From NCBI RefSeq assembly GCF_009914755.1, contig NC_060940.1: a DNA stretch of 64,000 nucleotides. One strand, given 5' to 3'. Below are positions 50,281 to 64,000 of the stretch, piece by piece. Under the pieces are notes generated by a model. It did no database searches and had not been told where the DNA came from. It saw only the letters and a list, made by a program, of their open reading frames with translations. The translations under genes and the position numbers were made by a program. How positions within the stretch are numbered: the stretch's first letter is position 1; every line of letters begins with the position of its first letter. This DNA is from the human T2T-CHM13v2.0 reference genome, Homo sapiens.

Positions 50281-50800
50281 AAAATAAATTTAATTTCACT
50301 AATATAACACAGCAAACATGTTCATGTCTTTATTCTTTTCTTCACGGCTGTAAGTAAATATATCATTTTGAATCATTTTAATCAAAGTATACATAAAATT
50401 GTGTTTTACCATTACACTTATTATTTTCAATCACTAAATGTTTCTACCTGGGATTTGTCTTTAGCCTTCTTAATTGCTGTGAGATATTCCATTACATTGT
50501 TGCACTGTAATTTATGTAACCTTGCTCCCATTCATGTGCATTTAGGTTACTTTTTGTTTTCACCTTTGTAAATTACACTGATGCCTATATTTAACTTGTT
50601 CCTCTCTAAAAATCATTCTCCTGTAGTAATTCTTAGAACTGCTGTGCGGTGGTAAAAGTATATGAAAATATTTATGACTCCTGGTAAGCATTGCTAAACA
50701 GGCCTCCAAAATAAGTGTGCCTGTTCCATCACAAATGTCACCAACACTGGGTTCTTATAATGCCTTTGTTTTAATTTTTGTTTGGCAGGAATAAAATATA
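50280..50800 (-). mobile_element. L1ME-type relic
   Basis: tattccattacattgttgcactgtaatttatgtaacc...catttaggttac...cattgctaaacaggcctccaaaa. Confidence 0.55.
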
Positions 50801-52098
50801 GGCTCTGCCTTCCATCTATGTCTCAAGTTGTCTGTACTATACCATGCAGCTACAATTTATCCAGTGCTTGCTTTATGTGTTCAATGTGACAAATTTTTTT
50901 TTTCAGAGATTTTTAGAGATGTGCAAAGTTTTTATTATCATTTCCATTTTGAATGTTAAGGAAGCCGATGCTCAGAGACTCTGAGTAGTGAAGGAGTCTG
51001 GGCAAGTCTGGAGTAGATTTAAAATAAAGATACTAATGTTTTAAACAGAGAAGCACACATTTTCCCCTTTACAGTTCACACCCTGAGAAGTTAATAATTG
51101 TATTAATTTAGAAAGAAAATACTTAGAGAAGGTAATCATGCATAAGGCACTGGAGTAGTTGCTTGGGTAATTGAAAAAGAGTAACATAGTCCTTTGGCGG
51201 GAGTGGGATAATTTATGTGCACAACACATACTTGCTCACATTCATTGCAACAAGATGGTAATTCCTATTAACATCTCTGAGACTTATGTAGGAATCCAAA
51301 ATATTAACTGACCTTGTGCTATGTGCAAGCCACTGTTTTCCATGGTAGGAATGTTCAAGGTGGATAAGATGCCCTCCCTAGAAGAGGATGTAGGAAGGAA
51401 AGAGCAATACTATGTGCCTAGCATCATGTCAGGCCAGGAGCTTTCCTGAAGCCCTCTGTCCGTGAAAAACAGAAATCCAGGTAAATTCACATCAGAAGGA
51501 TCCACAGACCCATGGGCTTATATCTAGCTGGAGGTAATGGAGTCAGTTCTTGGAATAAGAGAGCCTTGAGCTGGTCTTTAAGCAAGAGGAAGCACCTGGC
51601 TTTGCAGAGATGAGGGATAAGAGCAGACATCAAGCTGGGGAGGTGCAGAAGCCCAGGTATTAGTTTTGCAAGGAGCTTCCAGAATTTCCACTCTGGACAT
51701 GCCTCTCTTCCTAAAGCAGATGCAGTCAGTTTTCCATAATGCCAGTCACCTAGCCAGCACCATGCCAGCTCTCAGGGCAATGCTGAATTAAGTGCTGTTG
51801 TCTGGGCCTCCAAGGAGCTTAACTGATGCAGAAGAACTAATTGGGGAAGAAGATAAAGCAGGATACAATTAAGTGCTAATTGGATGGGCCTGACTCTCAG
51901 TCAGCTTTCCCAAACTTGCCAGATGATAAAAAACCCCTGAGGCTCTTAGCTAGAGATTCCCAGGCCCACCCCCTCCAGCCCCCACCCCCACACCCGGAGA
52001 TTTCCATTCCCATTCTGTAGGTCTGGGGAGGCGGTTGGCTTCCCAGGAGCCTCAGGGAGCCACATCTTCAGTTATGGGACTACGTGCACCTCTGAAGG

Positions 52099-52250
52099 CA
52101 ACGGTTCTCAAATGGCTACAGGACCAGCCATAAAACCATAGTCACCAGGGACCGTTGGTGAACCACACACAGATGTTTGTTCCCCACCCCAGAACGTCTG
52201 CCAAACAGTCCCTGGTAATGTACATGCACCCTGAAGTTTGAGAACTACTG
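52099..52250. mobile_element. MER5A-like MITE
   Basis: TIRs caacggttctcaa and ttgagaactactg. Confidence 0.7.
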
Positions 52251-52737
52251 CTCTCAACATCTGGTGTGCTCCTGGGAAAGCAAGCACACCAAGGCAGAGT
52301 AGAATAGACACAGCTGTGGGGGCTCCAGCTCCTTCCTCCTGGGGCAATACCCGGCCTCTCTGAACCTGTTATCTCATCGATAAAATGGAGGAAATGATTC
52401 CAACCTTACAGAGTTGCTGGAATGTAGACTAAAATGATGAATGTTTAAGTTCTAATATTGTGCAAATACTCAGGTACCGGAGGGCATGAGTAGATAGAGG
52501 AGAGCTTCCTGAAAGGGGGGGCTTGAGATGGTCTTGAAGGTGTGTAATATTTTAGCAAGAAAAAGGGGGTACATGGGGCATTCCCCAGGCAGGGAGTGCA
52601 GGGAGCCACAGCTGAAGCAAAGATCTGGGATTAGAAATGAGCAGAGGATGTTCCAGGCATAGGGAAGGAAAAAAGAATGTTTGAAGTAGTAAGAAATGAA
52701 ACAGGATCATGAAGATGAGACCAGGAAAACTGATGTT

Positions 52738-52843
52738 GGTGGTGGTGGTGGTGGTGGTGATGATGATGATCATGACAGTAATTCCCAAAGACCCAACACA
52801 TTATGATGATTATAATGGTGATTCCCAAAGACCCAACATGTTA
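52738..52843. repeat. (GGT)n(GAT)n microsatellite plus 2 x 40-bp tandem duplication
   Basis: attcccaaagacccaaca recurs at 52781 and 52821. Confidence 0.92.
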
Positions 52844-55099
52844 TGAACAGAAAATTAGGATACTGGAAAAGAGCCGTGTTGCATAGCATCTTGCTAAGGC
52901 CCATGGAGATGTGCTGTGGATGCTGCAGGTGGAAGTTCTTGCTACGTGCCAGTATTATCTCCAAGGACAGGCAGCCAAGCCCAGAGGAGACAGCTGTTTG
53001 ACTGATCCTTTCCTTCTTGGTTTCAGTTCAGGTTGGCTACATGTGTTCATCTTTCTTGAACTGTGCTTTCTTCTTAGGTTCAAATGACAGCCCAAGGAAG
53101 CATTCACTGGGAAGTCTGCAAGCCCATGTTCCTAAGAGTGCTCACCTATCAGCCTCCTTGGGGCTGTACCCACCTGAGCAGAAGCTTTCTTGCCCACTTG
53201 ATTTCATACAAGATGTAAGCCTGTCACTTACATGGTGCCTTTCTGCTTACCAACTAAAGCCTCCCTTTTATCATCTTCTTCATCAGTCTGGGGACAAGAA
53301 TGTGGATGGTGGCTATTTTGTCCTCTTCTTGACAGAGGTAGAGACAGAAGGTGCTTGGAGGAAATGACTCCAAGACACAGCAAGAAACTGAATCACAGAA
53401 ATCTTGTTAGAATTCAAGTCTTTAGTTCCGAATGGCCCCAAAGCCAGCTTCAGTATCTGCCCAGCCTGTGATTTTTAAAAATCCCCTAGACTCTGAGCTC
53501 CATGAGGGCAGAGATTTCCAACAATTTTGACAACTGCTGTGGCCCCAGCATGTAAAGTGATTTCAAGCACATAATAGGCACTCAATCAATTTTATTTATT
53601 CTCTGTTACTTTCCAGCAAAGTGACCTTATACTGAGTCCCACCAGCAGTATTCCCTGTATTGTTTGTCAGGAGTATTTTTCTATCAGTTCCAAGGGCTAG
53701 AAATAATGTTTCCACCCTCACTTTGTACCTGTGTGGCTTAGAGGCATTCTACACATTAATATGGCCAGGAAGTCCCTCATCGTCTGCCACCTCATCTCTG
53801 TGTGAAGCCAGTCCACACTGCCAGAAATAACATTCAAGTTCCTCTGTGATGGCATTGGACTGAGAAACCCTGGAAGGGGCCCATCCTGCCCTGTGCATCC
53901 CATCTGCCTTCCTGGGCTTTGAAAGAGCTCCATTCAGATGGGAAATTGGGAGACTGGGAACTCTATTTCATGTTATTAATATCGAAGCTACACTCAATAA
54001 CCCCGACCCTGGCTTCTGGTTTGCGCATGTTTGCTTTTTAATATATTTTTGCACAACTGGCTTTAAAACAAATGGGTTTGGGTTTGACAATGAACCTAAT
54101 CTCAGCACAAGAACTCAGGAATGTCTGCAGCCTCTTTCAGGAGAGAGAGAGAAAGACGGAGCTGTATCTATGGGCAATCCCAGCCTGCCCTTTGTTACTT
54201 CCTGATTTTAGAAAGGAAGAGACGGTCCTAGCAGGTACTGCCTCTTTGATGCCCAGAGGAGAGACAGAGTGAAGCCACGTTCCTGTTCTTGGGCACCACT
54301 TCCCTGACCATTGAGCAAACACCATTCTTGCAGTCAGCATGGGATGAGCGGAGATGGGCTTGGCACGAGAAGAGGAGCTCAGAGGTCCCTTCCCTAGTGC
54401 AGGAGCCTCACTGAACCAGGGATCTCTAGGCTCTGCCCCAACCAACACAGGCTGGCTCATGTAGAGGCTTCATCCCTCTCCCTAGACCTAGCAGAACTGA
54501 CACTTAGAACTCATTACATGAATTCTGGGAAGAACTGAGAGCAGTTAAGGAACTTCATTTTAAACATGAATAACCTGGAATAGAGAGGTAAAGGGATTCC
54601 TCCAAGGGCTCACAGCCAGGGCCCCAGCTCACAACCTAGAGCCAACAGCACAGCGCCAGTGTCTCTTTCCACAGAATGCAGTTATTAAAGCCCCTGTTAA
54701 GGTGTTATCAGGGAAAATGGAACACAATGATGTTGGAAATTAGGCATGTATTTCATATTTTGAAAAGGGCAGGTGAACTTTGCCAGCTTGCAGCACCCTA
54801 GAGAGCACTGAGGGGAAATCCACGTGTCCTCCCAGCAAGGAGAATGCAGTGGTTCCCAAGGACAGAAGCTTGGCCCTCCCTGAAGGGAAAGGCCATTTCC
54901 CATTAATACCAGATTGGAGCTTTGATGACGTGCTCATCAGGATCTGATAAGCTTATAGCCTTGAGAGACTTCCTGAAAGGAGGGGTTTAATTAAAAGAGG
55001 CAATGCACAGAATTCAAGAGGCTGTGTTGTACACTGAGTTTGAAGGGTCCCCCTGTGTGTTCTCAGGAGAAGCTGGTTTCCTGGTGGTGGAAGCTGACA

Positions 55100-55230
55100 C
55101 AGAGGGAGAGGGAAAGGAGGGAGGGAGGAGGAAAGGGACAAAAAGGGACAGAGGAAGGGAGAGAAGAGGAGAGGAGAAGAGGAGAAAGGAGAAGTGAGGA
55201 GGGAGGGACAGGAGAGGGGAAGAGAAAAGC
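55100..55230. repeat. GA-rich low-complexity polypurine tract
   Basis: About 130 bp almost entirely G/A. Confidence 0.9.
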
Positions 55231-55732
55231 ATTCAGGTCCATATTCTTTCCGAGCCAAAGCCCCGTTGAGAATTTACTTCCTGCTAAAGGTGAAGAGCCA
55301 GTAAACAAAATTTTCTTTTCTAGAATCATCGATTCACTTAACATGCAACTACTGAGTGCCCACTGCATACTTGACCTGGTGCTGGGCTTTAAGGATACAG
55401 GAGGGTTAAGATGACCATGCACAGATCTATCTTTCTCAGACTCCCTTGCCGCCGGAGGTCCAGATGCGACTTTCTTTTTTCTGCTCATCACATGCATGGA
55501 GCCGGAATTAAGCCAGGGGATAGGCAGGCTGCAGGGCAGCATCAACATTGCTGGTGTGGACCAGGACCAAGGTGGCTGCAGAGGCTCCATCAGTAGGGAT
55601 GACTTCCTGACTCCACGGGCAGCTTCCCACATCCACAGTTTTCTGACTCTGGCAGAGGCAGCAGAATCACTGGGGCATCAGTTCTGGAGTAGGCAACAGA
55701 CATTGTCAGCATCCTATCAGTCGCATCGTATC

Positions 55733-56105
55733 CCGAGGTGCTGGAAAATGTTTAATCATCATGTTTTTGAAGGGGAGACAAATCCCTGATGGCACATACC
55801 CATTTCCATGGTGTAAATATTCCCCCAGATGGCTGATGTACACAGGCAACATACTGTATTTTCACCATATAAATATGATAGATGGAAATAACCTCAAGAC
55901 CATGCAGAATGACAAAGAGTAGTAAAATAATTCGATGAGATTTGAGCATTTGTTACCTTTGTCCTCCATATAATTTATTTAATTACAAGCTTGTAAAATG
56001 TAATTTTTAATAATGACTATGTTTAACAACCAGCTAGCAAAAAGTGTTGAAAAGCTGACAATCAGCCCTTGGGAGCCCGTGTGAGCTGACTCCAGCACAT
56101 CACTG
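55733..56105 (-). mobile_element. MER63B-like hAT-Blackjack element
   Basis: gtgctggaaaatgtttaa...tttccatggtgtaaata...aaataacctcaaga...tgtttaacaaccagct...ctccagcacatcactg. Confidence 0.8.
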
Positions 56106-56109
56106 ATTC

Positions 56110-57106
<997 letters not shown>

Positions 57107-57634
57107 TGATAAGAATCACACAGTGTAAGCCTTTCAAGGGAACTTAGAGATCTCTTGATCTAGGGCCCTTATTTTTCAATTAAGGAAAGTGACACATGAG
57201 GAGAGGAAGAGTTTCTCCACTGGTCACTTTGAAAATCAGCAGCAGCCGTGGAATTAGAAACGGGTCTCTTGATTACCAGTGGAGGTCCCTGTCCACTGCA
57301 GCCAGTGTGGCCTCCAAGCCCAGAGACATTCTCCTTGGAAGGGTATGAAGAGTCCATGTGCTTTCCAGATACTCCTGATCCCCCTTCCCCAGTGCTGTGA
57401 AATTGTCTCAGCCCAGGGGTTTGCTAAGTGACAATTCCCTGAGCCCTGTTAGAAATTCGAAAGCCAGAATCACAACTGATAGTAAGACTGGGTGCAGTGG
57501 GAGCCCCAGGACCATCAGAAGTCAACTCTGAATCAACAGCTCACAGAGAAGCCGCATGTGGTCTCCAAAGGAGTGAGACCCATGAAATTATGTCAAAGAG
57601 GGGCTTCCACCCTCTGAGCCTTAGACTCACTGAC

Positions 57635-58197
57635 TGTATTAGTCAGGGCTTTCTAGAGGGACAGAATAGGATATATGTATGTATCAACGGGAGATTAGTA
57701 AACAGAATTGACTGACACAATCACAAGGCAAAGTCCCACGATAGGCTGTCTATAAGCTGAGAGGCAAGGAAGCCAGTGGTGGATCCCCAAACCTCAAAAG
57801 TAGGGAAACCGAGTCCCCAAACCTCAAAAGTAGGGAAGCCAACAGTGGAGCCTTCAATCTGTGGCCAAAGGCCCAAGAGACCCTGGCAAACCACTGGTGT
57901 GAGTCTAAAAGCTGAAGAACTTGGAGTCTGATGTTTGAGGGCAGGATGCATTCACCATGGGAGAAAGATGAAAGCCAGAAGATTCAGCAAGTCTGCTGTT
58001 TCCAACTTCTTCCACCTGCTTTATTCTAGCTGTGCTGGCAGCTGATTAGATGTTGCCCACCCAAATTGAGGGTGGGTCTGCCTCTCCCAGTCCATTGACC
58101 CAAATATTAATCTCTTTTGGCAACACCCTCACAGACTCACCCAGGAATAATATTTTGCATTCTTCAACTCAATCAAGTTGACACTCCATATTGACTC
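57635..58197 (-). mobile_element. MLT2A2 (HERV-L) solo LTR with internal 30-bp duplication
   Basis: tgtattagtcagggc...aaacctcaaaagtagggaagcc...ggcaaaccactggtgt...caatcaagttgacactc. Confidence 0.9.
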
Positions 58198-60819
58198 CCT
58201 CAGGGAATCCACCCTAGGGCACCATGCTTACACCTCAGTCGAGGCACCTGGGGCAGGCTTCCTAACCATGACCAAAGTCTATGACAAGACAGGGAAAGGG
58301 CCCTGAGGTTATCTCACCACCTGGGTAGAAATTTGCCAGTTATCACTTCACCCAGTATCCTCACGACACCCCCATGAAAGTGTGGGTTATTATTCTGATT
58401 TTCAAATGAGTAAATAAAGGCTTAGTGGGGTTAAATGGTGTGCCCAATTTCACACTTATGCTAGCAGTGATAGGCTTTGAACCCACTTCTGATTTTGGAA
58501 TCTGAATTTGAAGGCTTCTTACAGCCCCATGGAGGCTCCACTGCAGAACAACAGAATGCCACTGTCAGGCCAGGAGAAGTCAAGTTCATGGTGGCCTCAA
58601 GAACTGCAAACGATCCAGAAGGACTGGGCATAAGGTGCAATGCAAGGCTCTGGAGCAAGGAAGATCAGGGTATGAAGATCCTTGAAGGCCAAACTAACGG
58701 GTTTTGTGTTGATGCGGGGAGCAACTGGGAGTCATACACTTACATGGAGCGAGGCCCCTCCCGGGGTTGAGGGGAGCCCAGAGCCTAGGGCTTTCCCTGA
58801 TGAGAAGACAGTGTTCAGGACAGGGAGGGCAGGGAGGATTATTCTGGTGGGTCTTACATGTCAAAGCCAAAGCCAGAGGTTAGAACCAAGATTCAAATCA
58901 AGATTGAGGGCTGAAGGATAGAGGTGAGGCCACAGATGAGAGACAAAACTGGAGAACTGAACAGGATGGGCAGAGCCGTTGCAGAAGTGGACCACAAAGG
59001 GGACTTGAGATGAAAGCTCAGGACATCAGCCATCAATGAGGCGAAGGCGTCATCCGCCCTTCTTACTAGCTGTTGGCTATGGGTTATGAAGCCAGGCTAA
59101 CTGGTCAAGATTTCCAGAATAGACTGAATGTTCATAAGCCAAGAGTAGTTTATCTGCTGTTTACAGGCCTTTCTGGGGTATTTGAGCCATCAAGGGGCTA
59201 GGGACACGGAAATAGTATGGTAAGCAGAGATGGAGATGTGGTCTAAGCTACCCAAGCAGAACTCTGAATGGAAACCCAGTGTAGCCTCTCAGCCCCAGCA
59301 GGCCTCAGGTATTTGTGAATATGTAGGTGGAAGACACCCTCCTAGGACCCCTTTATGACATGATGCTCAAGACCATAGGACCCAAGCTGGAGTGGGCATT
59401 GGTGTCACTTAGAACTGTGACCATCGATGGGCACACCTCTCCCTGGCTAAAATTTCTTTATTTCACCTGGCAAATGTGGCCCTTCCTGACCTGGCATCTG
59501 TCCCTCTGAGTCTTACCACCAAGAAAGCTGGAGAATTCTGTGCTTTCTGAGTTGATTCCTAGGAAATGGACTGTTCATGTCTCTGGACTGGGCTTCAAAG
59601 GATATGCAGAACTTGAGCCAGAAGTGACGGTGGTGGGAATGGAGGCATGCAAGGCTGGTGTTTTCCCAGCAGGAACAAGACAAGGTGATGTGGAAGCACC
59701 TGATGGTTTCTGGCCTAAGTCAATAGATAGACCAGCCTGAAAAATAGAAGAGAGTTGGGCAGGTCAAAATGGAAAGGAGGCAGTTTAGAAATGTGTCATG
59801 TGTAGGCAGATTGCCAAAGGCCTTGGTCGTCAACACCAAAAACTTATGCTGTGTGCTTAATGAGGAATCAGTGGGGAGTTTGGAGGCAGGAGAGTCTTAT
59901 CTGCAGATTTGCAATGGAAGGGGATTCCTGCGGCTGTTTGCTGACAGGTCATGGGAGTTGGGTAGAAATGCATTGGGGCTGCCCCCAAAGAATCCAGAGA
60001 GGAGACTACTGTGATAATCCAGTTAAGAAACAAAGCATCCATGGCAGCAGGAATGCCCTGGCAGAAAATGCAGGCGATGCCCTTCCTCACTGTAGCCTGT
60101 ACATTCTGAGCCCTTGTGTTAAACCCTGGCACTTATTCCACAGCAATCAAGTAGAGCGACATGGTAAAAAATCCTCTGCCAGATAAAGATTTCAGATGAA
60201 AAAGAAATTTAAGCCTCTTTTCTTTTACCAATGTTGCCTGTTGGAAAATGCCTGTCCAGCCAAAATTCAATTTCTGTCCTTTTAATTCAAGTGCAAATGG
60301 ATTGAAGGCTCAGATAACAACATAAAATTGGTTAATCAACTTTCATCCCATATTTATATTGCAACGGGGAGATTTTACAGTTTTCTGCAGCTCAGCCCGG
60401 TGTTCTGTGAAAGCCAGCCAGCATTTTATGTCCCTTAAAATTGCAAACCAGAGGCCCCTCTGCTGTCAGTGACCCACCACCCCTCCTGCTAACCAGCTCT
60501 CTTGCCTGTCTGACCAGGGCCAGTCAGTGCAGTTCTCATTCTGAATGCGTGAGGCCCTGCAGGAATAGATTTTATGCTTTACTTGAGAAATGAAAATTGC
60601 TTTTTGCTCTCATCGCCCCATCACCATGGAGGGATGCCAGTGAAGTCATAGCATGAGCGAAATTACTGAAAATATTTTAGACTTAATTTTCTGTGTCAGG
60701 CAGACTCACACTGTAGTCATTGTAGGCCTGGTTAAATACCTCTCTTGGCTTCCTGTTGTTCACAGACTAAGACCTAAAGCTTATTGCCTGGCACTCAAGG
60801 CCCTCTGGAATCTGGTGCC

Positions 60820-61400
60820 CTCATCCATTTTCTCAACAAGTAATTTTTCAGAATGTAGGAGGTGCCTGTCCCAGTGCCAGGTGTTGGGTATACAGCTGCG
60901 AACAAGACCAACACCATCCCTCCTTACACGGAGTTTGCATTCTAATCAGGAAGACAGACAAATCACACATGGATATCAAATGAAAGAAATAATTACAGAC
61001 TATAATGGGCTATGAAACAAGAAAATAAAGGACTCAGAATAACTGGGAGGAGAGTGGAATGGGGAAAAGGAAGAGGTGTATTTTAGGAAACAGTGCTTTT
61101 GACAGGCAGTAAGAAGAGCATGTGCAAAGGCTCAGAGGAGGGAATGAGACAGAGGGTGACCAACAGGACGTGAGGTCTGAGAGGTCAGCAGACTCCAGTT
61201 CAGAAAGCTTCTCTGTGGATCACACAGGTCTGGACTTTAGCTCAGGGGCCAAGGGGGATGACATAATACTGGAGTTTCAGGAAGATCCCTTTGGCTGCAA
61301 TGTGGAAGACAGATGACAGAAGGGCAAGGGTGGAAGCACAGAGACTGGTGCTGGGGCTTCTGCTCTGGTTGAGGTGGAAGATGACCCTGAGGAGTGGAAT
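60820..61400 (-). mobile_element. L2a 3' fragment
   Basis: gtgccaggtgttgggtatacagctgcgaacaagac...ggagtttgcattcta...gagcatgtgcaaaggctcagagg...gaagatccctttggctgcaatgtgga. Confidence 0.75.
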
Positions 61401-63680
61401 AGGTGGTCAGGTGTGGGAACGAGCTGATGAGCATTTTGCCTCTCCGGCGCCATGCTCCTACTAACCATTTCTCCAGCCTCCCGAGCTTCACTCTCTCTTC
61501 TGAATGCCTCTTGCCCTTTCTTGACTCAAGCCATTTCTCCCTTCTCCCCTTGGTGAACTCCTATTTATCTGTCAAAACCTGACACAAATATCCCCTTTCC
61601 ATACCGTCATCCCTGGAAGGGTTCATTCTCCCTCTTCTGTGTGTTTCTGTCACCTTGTATCATCATCAACCTTAATATATATGATTGTTACATATCTTGA
61701 GACAGTTTAATTATTTAAAACATAGTTTTCATGTAGGTATAGCCCCTCTGCAAAACTGCAATACAAGGAAAAAGACAAATTTCTAAGTTCCTAGCACATT
61801 CACATTTAAAGTAGTGCGTCTAATTAATGGTGAGTGAATAAGCTGTAGCCAATGAAATGAAGCAAATAACATGGTTCAGAAAAAGACTGGAACTATTGCA
61901 TTGAGAAATGACCATCTTTGTGTGACTTTTTCTCCCTGCACAGAGGGCCCTGGTATTTGGAAAAATAAAATTTTCAAATGCTTAAAAAGAAAGAACAAGT
62001 CTTCTAATTCTAGTATCTATTCCTGTGGCTTAAAAGTCATTTATGGAAATTATGACCGACACTAACATGATAATTAAAGCCAAATTGAATACCTGTTCAC
62101 TAGAGTTCAGGCTTGGTAGGGGCCTTGGTAGAGGAATCTAGTGCATATCTGAGCTGCCCTAATTATGTGCTCCTTGTAATCAACATTACATTTCCTGGTT
62201 ACATTTCACAGTTAATTTGTTTTTCCCACACAAATCGAATTCTGTACCAGAGATGCAAAGTTTAATGTATTATTGCACTTTTTTTTAGGTTCTAGTTTAA
62301 AAACAATACCACAAGTACAATTAATTTTAAAAAACGAAATTCTCCCCGTGTGGGTTTAAGATTAATGGCATTTATTTATTATTGTATGATCTGCCTTCAA
62401 TAAGTAGCATGAATAAGAATTGGCTCCCAATCTTAATGTATTTATTTTCATAAGCCAAATAGCTATAAACAACATCAAATATAATTCTCCAGAATGGTAA
62501 CACATTATTAACTTCTCAAGCCATTCCCTAATGGGTTTTAAATCTCTAAAAAACAGTAAATTCTAAAGCAAAGGAGACATGGTGGAATTCCTGTCTGCCT
62601 TGGAAAACCAAGCCACACTGGGATTCCCCAGCACCTGGAGCAGGACCTGGCATGCAGCTCCCCCAGGATTCCAGACTGAATTATTTCCTCCCCAAATCTC
62701 TCCCCATTTCAACTACATTTTTCCACTCCTTTTCCACGGTAGACACAAATGAGGGTTCCATTAAGTCTTGGGCTAGTGAAAGCTTGAACTAGGAGTCAGG
62801 TGAGGCAGCCAGTCAGGGGTCTGTGCCTTTGTCCCAGGAGCAAGCCCTGTGCACAGCTGGAGCCTTAAGATCTTCTGAGCAATGGAAAGGGGACCTATAA
62901 TAATCCAACATCCTTCCAGGTGACGTCATTCTGAATTCAGAATTGGCCTTCAGGCTGCTGCCCATGAATGTGAGAGGGGGCAAATGAAGAGTGAGAAAGA
63001 AGTAAGGTGGCTGCTGGCAGAAAGGGACAGGTGGCTCTGGAAGCACCTATTTTCGGTTGGATCAGAGTGATCTTAGAGTAAAATGTCTGCTCCCTGCAAA
63101 CCCACCTGTGTCTACGCATTGTGTGCCTACCTCTCAGCCTGGCTACTTCTCTTTCTTTCTAAAGTGTTATGGGGAGAAAATTAATCTCTGTTCAAAATAA
63201 GGGACATGGGTTCTGTCTCTTGCTGGTCCAGGGGAGAGGGAAGAACAAAGCCTCTCTTCAGTTTTTGTCTTATTACACTTCCTGCAAATGCTCTCAGCTC
63301 CAGCTTCTTAGAGTGAAAGTCACAGTTGTCAGCCTCATCATGACTGATCATTTTGCTCCCTCTTTTCCTGGATCTGAATGCTTTTCTCTCCTCCTGGATC
63401 TGCTTGTTCTTCAACCCCAGGCGCAGTGGCTTTCTCCAGTAAGGGCCTGAAACAGAGTAGCTCCTGAGTCAGGAGAAAGGCATGGGTCCAGAGGCAAAAC
63501 CAGGGCATGGAGATGAGATCCTGAGAAACCAGAGAGAGATGACGTCCTGAGGCTGAGAAACCAGAGCAGAGAAGAAATTGACAGGAGATTCCGGGATAGC
63601 CATTTAGGGGGTCACATTCTGACTGGGGTGAACCTTGACCTTTTCTTGGCTTGCCTTTGGAGTTCTTGGCACCCTGAGAC

Positions 63681-63838
63681 CAGTGTTTCCACGTCATCTA
63701 GGGGGCTGGATAAGCAGGCAGATTCCTGGGCCTCATCTTGGAGCCACTGAATGCATGGATGGAGGGTGGCATCTGGGAAGGTGCGGTTTTACCAGCTCCC
63801 CACGTGATTCTGAGATACCCTATAGAGTAAGGCCCCTG
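63681..63838. mobile_element. MER5-like MITE relic
   Basis: cagtgtttcc...gcagattcctgggcctca...ttttaccagctccccacgtgattctga. Confidence 0.6.
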
Positions 63839-64000
63839 TTCTAGAGAGAGAAGAGCATAGGATGGGGAGCTGATCCTCTGGGTTAAAACATGTGTCATCG
63901 TCTTTCTAGTTCCTGGCCTTGGACCCCACAATGGGCTTCTGTTTCCTAATCTACAAATGCAGCCAATGTGTCTACTCTAAAGGGCTATTCTGTGCATGAC

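Noticed and set aside
52631-52828. Poly-His / poly-Thr ORFs resembling a tag or synthetic insert
   Set aside because: Translation of the natural (GGT)n(GAT)n microsatellite; no vector-like flanks.

Overview
Simian primate (probably human) non-coding genomic DNA, either intergenic or deep intronic. I found no recognisable protein-coding exon, RNA gene, processed pseudogene, NUMT or CRISPR array. The supplied ORFs are chance or repeat-derived. The window is largely a fossil record of transposable elements. It holds nine Alu dimers (J and S types; none looks like AluY), two Alu monomers, many MIR/L2 relics, and L1PB, L1MB, L1ME and HAL1 fragments. DNA transposons include MER44B, Tigger3, MER47A, MER58A, MER20, MER5, Charlie5/MER33 and MER63. 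LTRs include MLT1, MSTA, THE1B, MLT2A1, MLT2A2, MER21, MER50, LTR16, and an MLT2 LTR still joined to its ERV-L PBS and gag start. Several insertions are nested, with visible target-site duplications. Five things merit a second look: (1) repeat-poor, motif-dense islands that look like distal developmental enhancers; (2) three LTRs carrying DUX4-type motifs; (3) eight short tandem duplications, four with 30-31 bp units and two datable by reciprocal CpG decay; (4) a 520-bp strand-symmetric TA tract; (5) GGAA and AAAGA microsatellites grown from Alu tails. I cannot support a new biological system here. Repeat family names come from recalled consensus sequences, not a database search. Boundaries of old elements are approximate to tens of bases.
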